The translations under genes and the position numbers were made by a program. Positions 1 through 8,126 of a stretch of DNA of 64,000 bases are shown one piece after another. This DNA comes from Clostridia bacterium (GTDB lineage Bacteria; Bacillota; Clostridia; Oscillospirales; CAG-272): NCBI GenBank assembly GCA_017472285.1, contig JAFUQQ010000058.1:6637-70636 (forward strand), given 5' to 3'. The notes under the pieces are model-generated. The model was not told the DNA's origin. It was given only the letters and a program-made list of their open reading frames with translations, and made no database searches. How positions within the stretch are numbered: position 1 is the stretch's first letter; every line of letters starts with the position of its first letter.

Positions 1-139
1 CTTTTTCACAAGGTACAGGGATCAGACGGCTGAGCGCGAGATCCAGATAACGAAGATTGACGAGCAAAGTGTTTCTGGAAAGTTTCAGCACCTCTTGCGC
101 GAGAGCAAGGATGCGTTCATTTTGTTCGTTTTGATTCAT
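1..139 (-). CDS. 5' end of a gene running off the window (hypothetical; weak resemblance to N-termini of VWA-like/DUF2201-type proteins)
   Basis: ATG at 139 with GGAG about 8 nt upstream. Frame MNQNEQNERILALAQEVLKLSRNTLLVNLRYLDLALSRL... stays open to the window edge. Confidence 0.4.
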   Translation of the reverse strand, partial: MNQNEQNERILALAQEVLKLSRNTLLVNLRYLDLALSRLIPVPCEK

Positions 140-237
140 GATAATAACTCCGTAAATGAATGATATGTTTATATCATGTCATGTATCAATAATAAAATCA
201 AGCGTTTTTCATAAAAAAGTTAAAAAATCTTGCCGGT

Positions 238-1032
238 TCACAAGATTCTTTCTTCAAAGCGTTTGGCAATATCCCGAAGATCATCCGTCAAATAAGAAAG
301 AGCTTTTTCTTTTTGTGTCTGCGTCATGCCGTAATACGCTTCGGCGACAGAACCTGTGATTGCGGCGATCGTATCGCTGTCGCCTCCGATCGAAATCGCG
401 TTCCGTATCGCATCCTCAAAACTTTCGGATTCAAAAAATGCTTCCAATGCCTGCGGAACGGAGCCTTGACACGTTGCGTCAAAGCGGTAATACGGACGGA
501 TTTCATCTAACGTAAAATCGATGGAATAATAATATTTTTGGATATATGCCTTGATGTCTTCTTTACGTGTGCCGTTTCGCGCAAGCCAGATTGCGCAAGC
601 GGTCGCAACGGCACCTTTGATGCCTTCGGGATGGTCGTGCGTGACGGAAGCCGAAGCTTCCGCCAGAATCTTTGTTTCTTCCAAGGTTTTTGCATACCAT
701 GCGACAGGAGAAACGCGCATGGCTGAACCGTTGCCGAAGCTGTAATACGGTTCTTCGCACCGAATGACGAGCCACGTATAAAAACGGTTTCCGTAGCCCG
801 CCTTCAGATGCGCTTTGCCGAGTTTATGCATCGAGGAGACCAAGTTTTTCTTGAAATTTTCGATATCGTTTGCCGCATCCTTGCATTGCAGCAGCGCATC
901 CGCAACGGCAAGCGTCATGACCGTGTCGTCAGTAAAATGGCACCCGTTGATGAAATGCGGTGCTTTTTTGTCTTTCAGATTGCGGAATTCATAGACAGAG
1001 CCGACGATATCGCCGTAAATTGCGCCAAACAT
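238..1032 (-). CDS. ADP-ribosylglycohydrolase family protein
   Basis: 264 aa. ARH-type motifs: N-terminal GDIVGS..E, FTDDTVMT, GNGSAMRVSP, GGDSDTIAAITGSVAEAYYG. Confidence 0.85.
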   Translation of the reverse strand: MFGAIYGDIVGSVYEFRNLKDKKAPHFINGCHFTDDTVMTLAVADALLQCKDAANDIENFKKNLVSSMHKLGKAHLKAGYGNRFYTWLVIRCEEPYYSFGNGSAMRVSPVAWYAKTLEETKILAEASASVTHDHPEGIKGAVATACAIWLARNGTRKEDIKAYIQKYYYSIDFTLDEIRPYYRFDATCQGSVPQALEAFFESESFEDAIRNAISIGGDSDTIAAITGSVAEAYYGMTQTQKEKALSYLTDDLRDIAKRFEERIL

Positions 1033-1044
1033 CGTAAGTCTCCT

Positions 1045-2838
1045 TTAAACCTCGGAGCAAAGCGCATATTTGCCGCCGCCGAGAACCGTTTCCGTATGAT
1101 CTTCCGACCAGATGACCTCGCAGGATTCCACATCCGCGGGAAGATCGAGATAAAGCATATAACCTTTGCCGTTCTTTTCTGCGCGGACGGTGATCTCTCC
1201 GTTTGCCGTCGGAACGGATGCTTCCGCAAAGGTCAGCGTATCCAATCGGGGCGATACGGAGATCTTACGGAATCCGTCTGCTTCCGGCTGAATACCGACG
1301 ATCCATTTCGGAAGCTGATATGCGGGGCTTGCCATCCAGCCGTGACAGAAGCTACCGAGCGCATCATAATAATGTGTTGCATTCATTTCAGGTACATCGA
1401 GACGTTCCCAGCCAGTGCGGCTGTCTGCATCCAGCATCTTACCCCAAGCGGAGGAGATATCACGGATCGCTTCATGTGTAAAGCCTTTGCGGAACATCGC
1501 TTCGATGCGCCATGCGATCGAGAAACCGAGATTGGGGATCACGGAACGCATCATGCGCTCCATACCGATGGGATCCTCTTTGCCTGCAAGGATGGCTTGC
1601 GGCGCGGGATATTGAGAAATATCGCAGAATTTCTGTTTTTTGTTATCGAGATACTGACCGTGTACAGCATCAAAATAATGCGTCTGAATATGCGTATCCA
1701 AGCGTTCCGCCGTTTCATCTGCCCATGTACGCAGTTCCGCATTTTCCGTTCTTTTTGCAAGACGGGAAAGGGTTTGCAAGGACATCAGAAATTCAAGGAG
1801 GAATACGCCTTTGGATTCAAAGCAGTTTTTGGGATTCATTGTGCAATCCGTGAGTATCGTATAATTGAAACCGTACTGATCGCGTTTTGCTTTGTAATCA
1901 TCGATATACCATTTTCCCGGTGTTTCAAGGTCGATCAGCGTCAGGAGGAATTTTGCGGCATCTTCCGCGCTCTGCATGATCTCGGGCAGAATGGAATCGT
2001 CACCCGTCAGACGAACGTATTCTTCGATGCCGATGATATAATCACACATATAATTCAGAATGATCCATTTGTTCTGACCGTCGCCGGGAATACGGGGCAT
2101 ATACGAAATACCCGATTCCGTATGATGCTGTTCGCCGCCTCCTCTTGCCGCGCAAGCGGGAATGCCGCCGCATTCATAACGGCTGTCACGCATCATGATT
2201 AGACTCTTTCTCGCAAGCACTGCATCGCCCGTCAGATAATATGCCGCGGGGAATGCGATACGGTAGTCGCCGAGCCACAAAAGACCGTCACGTTTGACAC
2301 CGTCTTCATAAAATGCCTGCATACAAGCCTTTGCCGTTGCCGAGGAAATATCCCAGATACGGTTGAGTCTGTCATCGCTGCAACGGAAAGAGCCTCTTTC
2401 ACGGATGGGATGCGTACCGTTGATCGCCGTAACGGTTTTCAGCGTAACGTCTTCTTCCGAAACGGCAGAAAGGTTGATGAAACGGAAACCGCGTCTGCCG
2501 CGGCTGACGAAAGTGTGTTCTCCCGCTTCCAGATCGTATTCATCAAAAACAAGCTGATACCATGAACAAGCGAGAGGATCACGGCGTTTGGCAAGCTCCG
2601 CATCTTCTTCATAATCGATACGGATATGTACAGGCGCGGTACAAACGAGCGTGACTTCCAGACCGCCGACGATTTCTTCGTCAAAATCGATCAGGACGGA
2701 TGCTTCTCCAAAGCCACCGAGAAGCACCGCGTCACCTCTGTGATTCAGAAGCGCAAGCGGGCGTTTCATGAGCTTCGTTTCCGTGATTCTGCGGGGGGAA
2801 ACGGTTTCATATTGCAAATTTGGATTTCTTTCAAACAT
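1045..2838 (-). CDS. six-hairpin glycoside hydrolase, alpha-L-rhamnosidase (GH78)-like
   Basis: Motifs LWLGDYRIAFPAAYY and SFCHGWMASPAYQLPKWIVGIQP are typical of the GH78 catalytic and C-terminal regions. Start moved to MFERN (AAGGAG 7 nt upstream) rather than the ORF-track start at 2856. Confidence 0.55.
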   Translation of the reverse strand: MFERNPNLQYETVSPRRITETKLMKRPLALLNHRGDAVLLGGFGEASVLIDFDEEIVGGLEVTLVCTAPVHIRIDYEEDAELAKRRDPLACSWYQLVFDEYDLEAGEHTFVSRGRRGFRFINLSAVSEEDVTLKTVTAINGTHPIRERGSFRCSDDRLNRIWDISSATAKACMQAFYEDGVKRDGLLWLGDYRIAFPAAYYLTGDAVLARKSLIMMRDSRYECGGIPACAARGGGEQHHTESGISYMPRIPGDGQNKWIILNYMCDYIIGIEEYVRLTGDDSILPEIMQSAEDAAKFLLTLIDLETPGKWYIDDYKAKRDQYGFNYTILTDCTMNPKNCFESKGVFLLEFLMSLQTLSRLAKRTENAELRTWADETAERLDTHIQTHYFDAVHGQYLDNKKQKFCDISQYPAPQAILAGKEDPIGMERMMRSVIPNLGFSIAWRIEAMFRKGFTHEAIRDISSAWGKMLDADSRTGWERLDVPEMNATHYYDALGSFCHGWMASPAYQLPKWIVGIQPEADGFRKISVSPRLDTLTFAEASVPTANGEITVRAEKNGKGYMLYLDLPADVESCEVIWSEDHTETVLGGGKYALCSEV

Positions 2839-2928
2839 GATAAATCTCCTTTTCATTTTATACTGACATTTTCAGTATATCATAAAGAGGATAGATTTTC
2901 AATGTTTTTCTGAGTTTATCACATAACA

Positions 2929-2957
2929 TTGACAAATGCTTCGCTTTGTGCTATAAT
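2929..2957 (+). promoter_or_regulatory. sigma-A type promoter (TTGACA-17-TGcTATAAT) for the MarR/flavoprotein operon, followed by IR TTGTTG-N6-CAACAA (2962-2979)
   Basis: Consensus -35 at 2929-2934 and extended -10 at 2949-2957. An inverted repeat immediately downstream could be a MarR box. Confidence 0.6.
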
Positions 2958-3002
2958 AAAGTTGTTGAAATTACAACAAGACAGGAACAGAAAGGAATTA
3001 TC

Positions 3003-3455
3003 ATGCAAGAACGTTTTCAGATGTTTACCGTATTGATTGCAAAACTGAACCGTTGTATACGAAAGATTAAAACACAGGAAATGGCGGAATTTGATCTGAA
3101 AAGTCCCCATGTTTCTTGCCTGTATTATCTCTATCAGACGGATTCCCTGACGGCAAAGGAGCTTTGCGCGATCTGCGAAGAAGATAAAGCCAATATTTCC
3201 CGTTCCATCGAATATCTGGAGGCGGGCGGCTATCTTATTTGTCATTCCAAGACGGAAAAACGCTATAAAAGTCCTCTTGTCCTGACGGAAAAGGGAAGAG
3301 AGGTCGGCGCAAAGATTAAAGAAAAGGTCGATCATCTGCTCGCAAGGGCAGGAGAGGGTCTTTCTGAAGAAAATCGCCGCATCATGTACCAAAGTCTTGA
3401 GATTGTTTGCGAGAATCTGCAAAGATTCTGCGACGAATATGAAGAAACCAAATAA
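3003..3455 (+). CDS. MarR family transcriptional regulator
   Basis: 150 aa with a winged-helix MarR-like pattern (LTAKELCAICEEDKANISRSIEYLEAGGYL). Start at MQERF follows GAAAGGA and lies downstream of the predicted promoter. Confidence 0.75.
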   Translation: MQERFQMFTVLIAKLNRCIRKIKTQEMAEFDLKSPHVSCLYYLYQTDSLTAKELCAICEEDKANISRSIEYLEAGGYLICHSKTEKRYKSPLVLTEKGREVGAKIKEKVDHLLARAGEGLSEENRRIMYQSLEIVCENLQRFCDEYEETK

Positions 3456-3480
3456 AATTATTTTATAAGGAGTGCTGTAT

Positions 3481-5553
3481 ATGCAAAAAACGGATCCCAA
3501 ATATCAGGCATTATTTACGCCCTGGAAGATTGGCAACGTGGAGATTAAAAACCGCATCGTCATGTGTCCGATGGGCGGTACGTCGCTTTTCGGCTGGTTT
3601 GAACTCGGCGGCTGTCATTTTGACAAGGAAGCGGCAAAGCTCTTCCTTGAAAGAGCGCAGAACAACGTCGGTCTTATCATCCCCGGTATCGCTCCCTTGC
3701 GCGATACTTTCTTCGGTAAATGGCTCTGGCAGAACCCCAAAATGTTTGAAGAACTCAAGGTCTTTATGGATGAAATTCATAAGACGGGCGCGAAGCTTTT
3801 CATTCAGCTCACTGCAGGTATGGGACGCTCATGGGCGATCACCGAGCTTGTCGCACCTTTGCACAAGAACAAATTTACCCGTGCGCTCATCAAACCCATT
3901 CTCGATACTTCTCACGAGTTGGCAAGCCCCAGTCCTCAGCCTTCCCGTTGGGCTCCCGATATCGAATGTCCCGAAATGACCGTCGAACAGATTCATGAAA
4001 TCATCGAAGCTTTTGCAAAGACCGCAAAACTCTGTAAAGATGCAGGCGTTGACGGCGTGGAAGTTCACGCGGTTCACGAAGGCTATCTGCTCGACCAGTT
4101 CTCGATCGAATTTTTCAATAAGCGTACCGATGATTACGGTGGCAGCTTTGAAAACCGTTACCGTTTCGCAGCGGAAGTCGTTCAGGCGATCAAAAAAGCC
4201 TGCGGCAATGATTATCCCGTATCTCTCCGTTATTCCGTTGAATCCAAGATGAAAGGCTTCCGCGAAGGCGCTGTTCCTGGCGAAGAATATACCGAAGTCG
4301 GCAGAGCAATGGTAGAATCTGAAAAAGCGGCAAAATATCTTCAGGATGCGGGCTACGATATGCTCAATGCCGATAACGGTACTTACGACTCATGGTACTG
4401 GGCGCATCCGCCGATGTATATGCCGCAGAACTGCAACCTTGAGGACGTTGCGCATATCAAAAAATTTGTGGATATCCCCGTCGTTTGCGCGGGTCGTATG
4501 GAACCCGACGTTGGTGCAAAAGCCATTGCCGAAGGCAGAATCGACGCGATGGGGGTTGCCCGTCAGTTCCTCACAGATCCCGAATGGGTTACCAAACTGA
4601 TCGAGGACCGTCTGGAAGATATCAAGCCCTGTATCTGCTGTCATAACGCTTGCTTCAATTTCTCCTCCTCTAAAGGTCATGCCAATACACAGGATCTCAC
4701 GGATACCATGCATCTCGCACGTTGCGCACTTACGCCCCAGACGATGCAATCCAAAAAATATCGTATCGAACCCGCCAAGAAGAAAAAGAATATCGCTGTC
4801 ATCGGCGGCGGTATCGGCGGTATGGAAGCTGCGATCGTTTGTGCAAAACGCGGTCATACCGTAACGCTCTATGAAAAATCCGATAAGCTCGGCGGCGTAT
4901 TCATCGCGGCTGCCGCTCCTTCCTTCAAGGAAAAAGATAAGATGCTCATCGCATGGTACGAAAGAGAAATCAAGAAATATCCCGCGATCACTGTAAAGAT
5001 GAATACAGAGGTCAAGGATGTCAAGGCTCTCGGTGCGGATGAAGTCATCGTTGCAACAGGTGCAAAAGCAAGAAAGATCCCCGTCAAAGGTGTCGAACGT
5101 AGTATTCAGGCTGTGGATTATCTCCTCGGTAAGAAACCCGTCGGTGAAAACGTCGTGATCGTCGGCGGCGGTCTGACAGGCTGTGAAATCGCATACGAAC
5201 TCTATCTCCAGGGCAAGAAACCTGTCATCGTGGAAATGATGGATGACCTCATCGTGACAAAAGGTGTTTGCCTCGCAAACACAAGCTATCTCCGCGATTT
5301 CTTTAAAGCCAATAAAGTGCCTGTATATCTCGAAACCGGTCTTACTGAAATTACCGAACACGGTGTTATCGTTAAAAATAAAGAAGATAAGATCTCGACG
5401 ATCGAAGCGGATTCCGTTATCCTCTCCGTTGGTTATACCCCCGCTCCCGTTGTCGAAAAAGCAAAGAACGTACATATCATCGGCGACGCAAAGGCTGTCG
5501 GCAATCTCCGTACAGTTGTCTGGAACGCATGGGACGTTGCGATGAAGATATAA
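3481..5553 (+). CDS. NADH:flavin oxidoreductase, 2-enoate reductase / 2,4-dienoyl-CoA reductase family (OYE-like TIM barrel + FAD/NAD(P) domain)
   Basis: N-terminal OYE-type barrel (NRIVMCPMGG, HAVHEGYLLDQF). Cys cluster CICCHNAC. C-terminal Rossmann motifs GGGIGGMEAA and VVIVGGGLTGCE. AAGGAG 8 nt before the ATG at 3481. Confidence 0.8.
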   Translation: MQKTDPKYQALFTPWKIGNVEIKNRIVMCPMGGTSLFGWFELGGCHFDKEAAKLFLERAQNNVGLIIPGIAPLRDTFFGKWLWQNPKMFEELKVFMDEIHKTGAKLFIQLTAGMGRSWAITELVAPLHKNKFTRALIKPILDTSHELASPSPQPSRWAPDIECPEMTVEQIHEIIEAFAKTAKLCKDAGVDGVEVHAVHEGYLLDQFSIEFFNKRTDDYGGSFENRYRFAAEVVQAIKKACGNDYPVSLRYSVESKMKGFREGAVPGEEYTEVGRAMVESEKAAKYLQDAGYDMLNADNGTYDSWYWAHPPMYMPQNCNLEDVAHIKKFVDIPVVCAGRMEPDVGAKAIAEGRIDAMGVARQFLTDPEWVTKLIEDRLEDIKPCICCHNACFNFSSSKGHANTQDLTDTMHLARCALTPQTMQSKKYRIEPAKKKKNIAVIGGGIGGMEAAIVCAKRGHTVTLYEKSDKLGGVFIAAAAPSFKEKDKMLIAWYEREIKKYPAITVKMNTEVKDVKALGADEVIVATGAKARKIPVKGVERSIQAVDYLLGKKPVGENVVIVGGGLTGCEIAYELYLQGKKPVIVEMMDDLIVTKGVCLANTSYLRDFFKANKVPVYLETGLTEITEHGVIVKNKEDKISTIEADSVILSVGYTPAPVVEKAKNVHIIGDAKAVGNLRTVVWNAWDVAMKI

Positions 5554-5558
5554 TTGGG

Positions 5559-5605
5559 CTCTGCCCAAACCCGCCAAAGAGAACTTTTTATAAAAAGTTC
5601 CCTTT
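5559..5605. repeat. intergenic palindromic repeat, copy 1a (CCCAAACCC module + AAAGAGAACTTTTTA/TAAAAAGTTCCCTTT hairpin)
   Basis: Near-perfect 30-bp palindrome at 5576-5605. Shares modules with the copies at 5680, 17281, 24739 and 30494. Confidence 0.6.
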
Positions 5606-5679
5606 GTAATCCTTCAAAAATTTTCCTTGTGTCTTTCTTCGTAAATTCACTGCAAATATAAAAATCGGTTCTCCCACAT

Positions 5680-5734
5680 AAAAGTTTTTTGAAAGGGGTT
5701 TGGGGAAAAGCTTTTTTTCAAAAAAGTTTTCCCC
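5680..5734. repeat. intergenic palindromic repeat, copy 1b (AAAAGTTTTTTGAAAGGGGTTTGGGGAAAAGCTTTTTTTCAAAAAAGTTTTCCCC)
   Basis: About 50 nt, nearly identical to 17312-17362. Contains a GGGGAAAA..TTTTCCCC hairpin. Confidence 0.7.
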
Positions 5735-5779
5735 TTGCTCGTTTCTTCCCATAAAATCACGAAAGGAAATGTCTAAACT

Positions 5780-7054
5780 ATGATTCTCACAGAAGAACAA
5801 AAAGCCATACTTGACGGCAAAAAAGGTGAAACGCTTGCTAAAGTTATGGAAACCGTTGTCCGTTACGGTGAACTTTTCGGCGCGGAAAAGCTCGTTCCCG
5901 TTACGAGCAAATATAACCATCTCGTAACTTCCTTCGGTCTGAAAATGATCGGTCCCGTTTATGATCTGATGAATGAACTCATCGAAGCGGGTGCTGTTTC
6001 CAAACAGCAATTTTCTCTTGACCCCCGTCCCACCGATCCGAACGTACCCGCAAACTTCCTTCAGAATCTGATCTTCAATAAGATCATGTATTCCAAACAG
6101 GATTTTTATGAAGGTCAATTGAAACAGCTCGGTCTGATGAATGATGATGCTTTCACTTGCACTTGTTACATGGATGAAGTTGGCAATAAACCCAAAAAAG
6201 GCGAAGTGCTTTCCTGGGCAGAATCCTCTGCTGTTGTTTATGCAAACTCTGTTCTCGGCGCACGTTGCAACCGTAACTCCGGTATCATTGATATCATGGG
6301 ATCCGTCGTTGGTTACGTTCCTTATTTCGGACTTCTTACCGATGAAGGCAGAAAAGCAACGTGGGTCGTTGAGATCAAAACCACAAAGAAGCCTGAAGCA
6401 CAGCTTCTCGGTTCTGCGATCGGTATGAAAGTGATGGAAGCTGTTCCTTATGTCAAGGGTCTTGACAAATGGCTCGGCAATGAGCTTGACGATTCGGCTT
6501 GCACATATCTCAAGGATTTCGGTGCGGCTACCGCTTCCAACGGCGCTGTCGGTCTTTATCATATCGACGGCCTTACCCCCGAAGCTAAAGATGAAGGCGA
6601 AAAGCTTATCAAAGAAGGCGCGCAGGTTTACGTGATCGATGATGCTGAACTCAAACGCGTTTATGACAGCTATCCTGTTATTTGGAAGAATCCTGATGCG
6701 AAGCCGAAGCTCTGCTTCATGGGATGTCCGCATATGAGCCTTGAACAGCTCAAGACATGGACAGACCGCGTGGAAAACGGTCTGAAAAAGACAGGCAACA
6801 AAAAAGTTGTTATTCCGACCGTTTTCACAGCCGCTCCCGCTGTTATCAAGGAATTTGAAAAGACACCGTATGCCGCTCGTCTGAAAGCGACAGGCGTTAT
6901 CGTTTCGTATATCTGTCCCCTCATGTATATGAATAATCCTCTTTGCGGCAAAATGCCCGTTATCACATCGTCCAATAAGCTCCGTACATACACAACGGCG
7001 CGTTATTATACCGATGATGAAATTCTTGCACAAATCACGGGAGGTAAAAAATAA
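5780..7054 (+). CDS. aconitase X (AcnX) catalytic/large subunit, DUF521 family dehydratase
   Basis: 424 aa. The N-terminus (LTEEQKAILDGKKGETLAKVMETVVRYGELFGAEKLVPV) and length are typical of DUF521. Its stop overlaps the start of a DUF126-type partner. Confidence 0.75.
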   Translation: MILTEEQKAILDGKKGETLAKVMETVVRYGELFGAEKLVPVTSKYNHLVTSFGLKMIGPVYDLMNELIEAGAVSKQQFSLDPRPTDPNVPANFLQNLIFNKIMYSKQDFYEGQLKQLGLMNDDAFTCTCYMDEVGNKPKKGEVLSWAESSAVVYANSVLGARCNRNSGIIDIMGSVVGYVPYFGLLTDEGRKATWVVEIKTTKKPEAQLLGSAIGMKVMEAVPYVKGLDKWLGNELDDSACTYLKDFGAATASNGAVGLYHIDGLTPEAKDEGEKLIKEGAQVYVIDDAELKRVYDSYPVIWKNPDAKPKLCFMGCPHMSLEQLKTWTDRVENGLKKTGNKKVVIPTVFTAAPAVIKEFEKTPYAARLKATGVIVSYICPLMYMNNPLCGKMPVITSSNKLRTYTTARYYTDDEILAQITGGKK

Positions 7055-7503
7055 TGAAACAGTTTAAAGGAAGAGTTGTCGCTCCCGGTGAAGTCAAAGC
7101 GGAAGCTCTCGTTTCTCACGGCGGTCTGAATACATTGGCATCTTTCCAGAAGGCTTTGCAGTTCGGTGATAAGAATGCGACCTGCGGCGACCAGAACAAT
7201 AAAGATCTTTATAACAAGCAGATGGCAGGCAAGGCTCTTTGTCTTCCTCAGACCATCGGTTCCACAACGGGCGGCCTTGTTATCTATTGCGCTTGCTCCA
7301 TGGGCAGACAGCCTGCTTGTATGCTTTTCTCTCAGCCGATCGACTCTCTTGCGGGCGCGGGTGTTATCCTCGCTGACATCTGGCTCAAAGGCGATCATAC
7401 CAAAATGCCCGTTATCGACTCTCTCGGCGAAGATTTTCTGAATTATGTCAAGGACGGCATGACCATCACCATCAAAAAAGATGGAGTCGTTGAGGTCGCA
7501 TAA
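7054..7503 (+). CDS. aconitase X swivel-domain/small subunit (DUF126 family)
   Basis: 149 aa. ATGA start/stop overlap with the large subunit. GKALCLPQTIGSTTGG motif is typical of DUF126. Confidence 0.7.
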   Translation: MKQFKGRVVAPGEVKAEALVSHGGLNTLASFQKALQFGDKNATCGDQNNKDLYNKQMAGKALCLPQTIGSTTGGLVIYCACSMGRQPACMLFSQPIDSLAGAGVILADIWLKGDHTKMPVIDSLGEDFLNYVKDGMTITIKKDGVVEVA

Positions 7504-7505
7504 AG

Positions 7506-7730
7506 ATGGCAGGTATTCCGCTTTTCGTGCCGCTTCGTTGGAAAGGACACCGTTTAAAAATATTCCATATTATTCAAGATGAACAGTACGGCGAAATATG
7601 GCACGCTTATCTCGATCATAAACTCGTCTATATTATCGATGAAAAAGTAGTCAAAAAACAGAAGATCATCGATGAACTGGACAATAAATACGGTATATCC
7701 GTTTCCGAAAGAGATATTTATTACGATTGA
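7506..7730 (+). CDS. hypothetical protein (74 aa), coupled to the AcnX small subunit
   Basis: ATG 2 nt after the preceding stop, with GAGG about 9 nt upstream. No recognisable domain. Confidence 0.45.
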   Translation: MAGIPLFVPLRWKGHRLKIFHIIQDEQYGEIWHAYLDHKLVYIIDEKVVKKQKIIDELDNKYGISVSERDIYYD

Positions 7731-7743
7731 TGTCGCAGATAAT

Positions 7744-7781
7744 AAAAAATCAGCTTTGGCATTGCCAAGGCTGATTTTTTG
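7744..7781. terminator. bidirectional rho-independent terminator
   Basis: Hairpin AATCAGCTTTGGC/GCCAAGGCTGATT flanked by an A-run and a T-run, between convergent genes. Confidence 0.75.
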
Positions 7782-7786
7782 CGCTT

Positions 7787-8023
7787 CTATATAAAAATTT
7801 CATCATAGCTGACATCTAAAATCGTTTTGATTAAAATGATCTCGTCGGGATATAAATGTCTTTGTCCGACCTCAATTTTAGCAACTGCACTGCGCGTAAT
7901 ATCACAGCCTCCAAGCTGCATTTTGGCGGCAAGAATTTCCTGCGTCATACCTCGTTTTTCGCGCAGAAGACGAATATTGTTTCCGATTCTTTTTTCAATC
8001 ACTGGATTCATATTTTCACTCAT
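7787..8023 (-). CDS. XRE family HTH transcriptional regulator
   Basis: 78 aa. IGNNIRLLREKRGMTQEILAAKMQL...VAKIEVGQR is a classic Cro/C1 HTH. Confidence 0.85.
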   Translation of the reverse strand: MSENMNPVIEKRIGNNIRLLREKRGMTQEILAAKMQLGGCDITRSAVAKIEVGQRHLYPDEIILIKTILDVSYDEIFI

Positions 8024-8025
8024 TT

Positions 8026-8104
8026 TTGCACTTATTTGAGAACAAAACTCTTGACATTTATTATATCGTTATGTTACAATAGTTTTGCACCTATATAAGT
8101 GCAA
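8026..8104 (+). promoter_or_regulatory. promoter (TTGACA 8051-8056, TGtTACAAT 8072-8080) flanked by TTGCAC-type operator-like repeats (8026-8035; palindrome 8085-8104)
   Basis: TTGCACCTATATAAGTGCAA is a 20-bp palindrome with 1 mismatch. A half-site copy TTGCACTTAT lies just upstream of the XRE gene start. Confidence 0.5.
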
Positions 8105-8126
8105 ATATAATTCGACGGAGGAAAAT

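Noticed and set aside
808-2202. Long + strand ORF (464 aa) opposite the ARH and GH78-like genes. Similar long antisense ORFs lie at 4390-5577, 5588-7033, 17484-18734, 19404-20096, 24720-26249, 31469-32074, 34634-35305, 35539-36795, 36894-37733, 38122-38865, 53101-53658, 56760-57563 and 63202-63876.
   Set aside because: Each lies antisense to a gene with clear family motifs. Their products are low-complexity (rich in R, F, C and I) with no motifs, and they lack SD sequences. They are shadow ORFs.
2839-2856. N-terminal extensions given by the ORF track for many genes (for example 2856, 3472, 20015, 21187, 26252, 26520, 32059, 35413, 36750, 39792, 44396, 44843, 50686, 56210).
   Set aside because: In each case an internal ATG (or TTG) has a proper SD. 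In most cases a predicted promoter or the neighbouring gene lies inside the extension. The shorter starts are used in the feature list.
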